Position numbers and translations under genes: made by a program
The notes under the pieces: model-generated
Databases searched by the model: none
What the model saw: only the letters and a program-made list of their open reading frames with translations
What the model was told of the DNA's origin: nothing
Shown here: positions 59,548 through 64,000 of the stretch, in pieces
Layout: each line of letters begins with the position of its first letter
How positions within the stretch are numbered: the first letter of the stretch is position 1
Assembly: GCF_009914755.1 (NCBI RefSeq)
Contig: NC_060927.1
From: the human T2T-CHM13v2.0 reference genome, Homo sapiens
DNA length: 64,000 nucleotides
Direction: 5' to 3' (one strand)

Positions 59548-62500
59548 ATGACAGGATCAAATTCACACATAACAATATTAACCTTAAATGTAAATGGGCT
59601 AAATGCCCAAAATAAAAGGCACATACTGGCAAATTAAATGAAGAGTCAAGACACATCGGGGTGCTGTATTGAGGAGACCCATCTCACATGCAAAGACATA
59701 CATAGGCTCAAAATAAAGGGATGGAGGAAGATTTACCAAGAAAATGGAAAGCAAAAAGGCAGGGGTTGCAATCCTAGTCTCTGATAAAACAGACTTTAAA
59801 CCATCAAAGATCAAAAAAGACAAGGACATTACAAAATGGTAAAGGGATCAATGCAACAAGAAGAGCTAACTATCCTAAGTATATATGTACCCAATACAGG
59901 AGCACCTAGATTTGTAAAGCAAGTTCTTAGAGACCTACGAAAAGACTTAGACTCTCACACAATAATAATGAGAGACTTTAACACCTCACTGTCACTATTA
60001 GACAGATCAATGAGACAGAAAATTAACAAGGATATTCAGTACATGAACTTAGCTCTGGACCAAGTGGACCTAATAGACATCTACAGAACTCTTCTCCTCA
60101 AATCAACAGAATATACATTCTTCTCAGCACCACATAGCACTTATTTTAAAATTGACCACATAATTGGAAGTAAAACACTCCTCAGCAAATGCAAAAAATG
60201 GAAATCATAACAAACAGTCTCTCAGACCACAGTGCAATCAAATTAGAACTTAGGATTAAGAAACTCACTCAAAACTGCACAACTACATGGAAACTGAACA
60301 ACCTGTTCCCCAGTGACTACTGGGTAAATGATGAAATTGTGGCAAAAATAAATAAGTTATTTGAAACCAATGAGAACAAAGACACAATGTACCAAAATCT
60401 CTGAGACACAGCTAAAGCAGTGTTTAAAGGGAAATTTATAGCACTAAATGCCCACAGGAGAAAGCGGGAAAGATCTAAAATGGACATCATAACATCACAA
60501 TTAAAAGAATTAGAGAAGCAAAAGAAAACAAATTCAAAAGCTAGCAGAAGACAAGAAATAACTAAGATCAGATCAGAAGTGAAGGAGATAAAGACACGAA
60601 AACCCTTCAAAAAATCAATGAAACCAGGAGCTGGGTTTTTTTTAAAAGATCAACAAAATAGATAGCCAGACTAATAAAGAAGAAAAGAGAGGAGAATCAA
60701 ATAGACCTAATAAAAAATCATAAAGGGGAGATCACCACTGATTGCACAGAAATACAAACTACAATCAGAGAATTCAATAAACACCTCTATGCAAATAAAC
60801 TAGAAAATCTAGAAGAAATGGATAAATTCCTGGACACATATACCCTCCTAAGACTAAACCAGAAAGAAGTGGAATTCCTGAGTAGACCAATAACAAGTTC
60901 TGACATGCAGGCAGTAATTAATAGCCTACCAATCAAAAAAAGCACAGGACCAGGCAGATTCACAGCTGAATTCTACCAGAGATACAAAGAGGATCTGTTA
61001 CCATTCCTTCTGAAACTATTCCAAACAAAAGAAAAAGAGGGACTCCTCCCTAACTCGTTTTATGAGGCCAGCATTATCCTGATACCAAAACCTGGCAGAG
61101 ACACAACAAATAAAGACAATTTCAGGCCAATATCCCCGATGAACATCAATGTTAAAATCCTCAATAAAATACTGGCAAACCCAATCCAGAAGCACATTAA
61201 AAAGCTTATCCACCACGATCAAGTTGGCTTCATCCCTGGGACACAAGGCTGGTTCAATATAGGCAAATCAATAAATGTAATCCATCACATAAACAGAACC
61301 AATGACAAAACCACATGATTATCTCAACAGATGCAGAAAAGGCCTTTGATAAAATTCAATACCCCTTCACACTAAAAACACTCAATAAACTAGGTGTTGA
61401 TGGAACACGTCTCAAAATAATAAGAGCTATTTATGACAAACCGACAGCCAATATCATACTGAAAGGCCAAAAGCTGGAAGCATTCCCTTTGAAAACTGGC
61501 ACAAGACAAGGATGCCCTTTCTTACCACTCCTATTCAACATAGTATTGGAAGTTCTGGCCAGGGCAATCAGGCAAGCGAAAGAAAGAAACGGTATTCAAA
61601 TAGGAAGAGAGAAAGTCAAATTGTCTCTGTTTGCAGATGACATGATTGTATATTTAGAAAACCCCATCATCTTGCCCAAAAATTTCTTGAGCTGATAAGC
61701 AACTTCAGCAAAGTCTCAGGATATAAAATCAATGTGCAAAAATCACAAGCTTTCCTATACACCAATAAGAGACAAACAGAGAGCCAAATCATGAATGAAA
61801 TCCCATTCACAATTGCTGCAAAGAGAACAAAATACCTAGGAATACAGTTAACAAGGGATGTGAAGGACTTTTCAAGGAGAACTATAAACCACTGCTCAAG
61901 GGGATAAGAGAGGACACAAACATATGGAAAAACATTTCATGCTCATGGATAGAAAGAATCAATATCATGAAAATGGCCATACTGCCCAGAGTAATTTATA
62001 GATTCAATGCTATTCCCATCAAGTTACCATTGACTTTCTACACAGAATTGGAAAAAACTACTTTAAATTTCATATGGAACCAAAAGAGAGACCATATAGC
62101 CAAGACAATCCTAAGCAAAAAGAACAAAGCTGGAGGCATTACACTATCTGACTTCAAACTATACTACAAGGCTACGGTAAGCAAAACAGCATGATACATG
62201 TACCAAAACAGATATATAGACCAATGGAACAGAACAGAGGCCTCAGAAATAACACCACACATCGACAACCACCTGATCTTTGACAAACCCGACAAAAACA
62301 AGCAATGGGGAAATAATTCCCTATTTAATAAATGGTGTTGGGAAAACTGGCTAGGCATATGCAGAAAACTGAAACTGGACCCCTTCCTTACACCTTTTAC
62401 AATAATTAACTCAAGATGGATTAAACATTTAAACCTAAGACCTAAAACCGTAAAAAATCCTAGAAGAAAACCTAGGCAATACCATTCAGGACTTAGGCAT

Positions 62501-63342
62501 GTGCAAAGACTTCATGACTAAAACACCAAATGCAAGGGAAACAAAAGCCAAAATTGACAAATGGGATCTAATTAAACTAAAGAGCTTCTGTGCAGCAAAA
62601 GAAACTATCATCAGAGTGAACCAGCAACCAACAGAATGGGAGAAATGTTTTGCAATCTATGCATTTGAAAAAGGGCTAATATCTGGAATCTACAAGGAAC
62701 TTAAACAAATTTACAAGAAAAAAAAACACATCAAAAAGTGGGTGAAGGATGTGAACAGACACTTTTCAAAAGAAGACATTTATGTGGCCAAAAAACATGA
62801 AAAAAATCTCATCATCACTGGTCATTAGAAAAATGCAAATCAAAACCACAATGGGATGCCGTCTCACACCAGTTAGAATGGCGATCATTAAAAAGTCAGG
62901 AAACAACAGATGCTGGAGAGGATTTGGAGAAATAGGAACGCTTTTTACACTGTTGGTGGAAGTGTAAATAGTTCAACCATTGTGGAAGACAGTGTGGTGA
63001 TTCCTCAAGGATCTGGAACTAGAAATATCATTTAACCCAGCAATCCCATTACTGGGTATGTACCCAAAGGATTATAAATCATTCTAGTATAAAAACACAT
63101 GCACAAGTATGTTTATTGTGGCACTATTCACAATAGCAAAGACTTGGAACCAACTCAAATGCCCATCAATGATAGACTGGATAAAGAAAATTTGGCGCAT
63201 ATACACCATGGAATACTACACAGCATAAAAAAGAATGAGTTCATGTCTTTTGCAGGGACATGGATGAAGCTGTAAACCATCATTCTCAGCAAACTAACAC
63301 AGGAACAGAAAACTAAACACTGCATGTTCTCACGGGAGTTGA
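59548..63342 (+). pseudogene. L1 ORF2p remnant (endonuclease/RT), fragmented
   Basis: MTGSNSHITILTLNVNGLN start; SDHSAIKL; RQGCPF; [13 protein letters not shown] at ~61625; split across many short ORFs. Confidence 0.92.
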
Positions 63343-64000
63343 ACAATGAGAACATATGGGCACAGAGAAGGGAACATCACACACCAGGGCCTGTCAGGGG
63401 GTGGAGGGCAAGGGGAGGTATAGCATTAGGAGAAATATCTAATGTAGATGACGGGTTGATGGATGCAGCAAACCACCATGGCACATGTATAACTATCTAA
63501 CAAACCTGCACGTTCTAAACATGTATCCTAGAACTTAAAGTATAATTAAAAAAAAGAAAGAAAAACAAAGAAAAAAAGGCCTTGTAAAATTGTCCAGGAT
63601 TGTTGTAATAGAAAAGTTGGAGAATGCTTTTCTTCATACTTTATGTAAGGGTAAAATTAAGGTCTTTCAAATCAACACTTCATTTAGCTTTTGCACCTCT
63701 ATAAAGAAGAGTAGTGCGGAAACATACGGAACCATTACTATGGAATGTATCCACAATTATATATGTTGCTAGTGAACTCTCACTAGCTGCTTAGGTATCA
63801 ACAGCTAATGTAAACTTCATCATAGATGCTCTTTGTAACATTAATTGTAATGTCTTTTAGAAAGGGTTGAAGAAAATTAGCAAAATTCAATAAAAATAAA
63901 ATTAGGTAAAATTTAAATGTAAGTGTGTACTACCATTCAGTTAAATGTTTGAGGTTGAAATTAATGCATCGATTATTTAGAGTATATCTAATTCTAAACT

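Larger units (their letters stand above)
57154..63571 (+). mobile_element. Full-length, inactive L1PA7/8-like LINE-1
   Basis: 5'UTR start, broken ORF1, ORF2 from ATG 59548, G-rich 3'UTR, A-tail; TSD aaaaaaggctgtgta (57139-57153) / aaaaaaggccttgta (63572-63586) at a TT/AAAA site. Confidence 0.97.

Noticed and set aside
57154-63571. Potentially active L1 or novel reverse-transcriptase system
   Set aside because: Ordinary old L1PA with numerous stops and frameshifts and no ORF1 start.

Overview
AT-rich primate (human-like) genomic DNA, intergenic or deep intronic, dominated by transposable elements. I find no protein-coding exon, RNA gene or CRISPR array. The long ORFs in the track are decayed L1 ORF1/ORF2 pieces, Alu-derived frames, simple repeats or unassigned chance frames. 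Main content: a full-length dead L1PA7/8-like element (57154-63571); two twin-primed, 5'-inverted L1s with TSDs (4161-7104; 31693-33493); near-full-length L1MA elements; Alus; many LTRs; MIR/L2 and hAT relics. Two structures stand out. (1) An LTR10 solo LTR carries a 28-bp tandem array with four AP-1 (TGAGTCA) sites and is nested in an inverted L1 inside a MER5. (2) A nested retroviral fossil spans about 42-49.4 kb: a two-LTR MLT1J-type MaLR provirus contains an opposite-strand ERV1 relic whose integrase and env motifs can still be read by hand but are absent from the ORF track. Subfamily names are from recall of consensus sequences, not a database search. I see no evidence of a new biological system.
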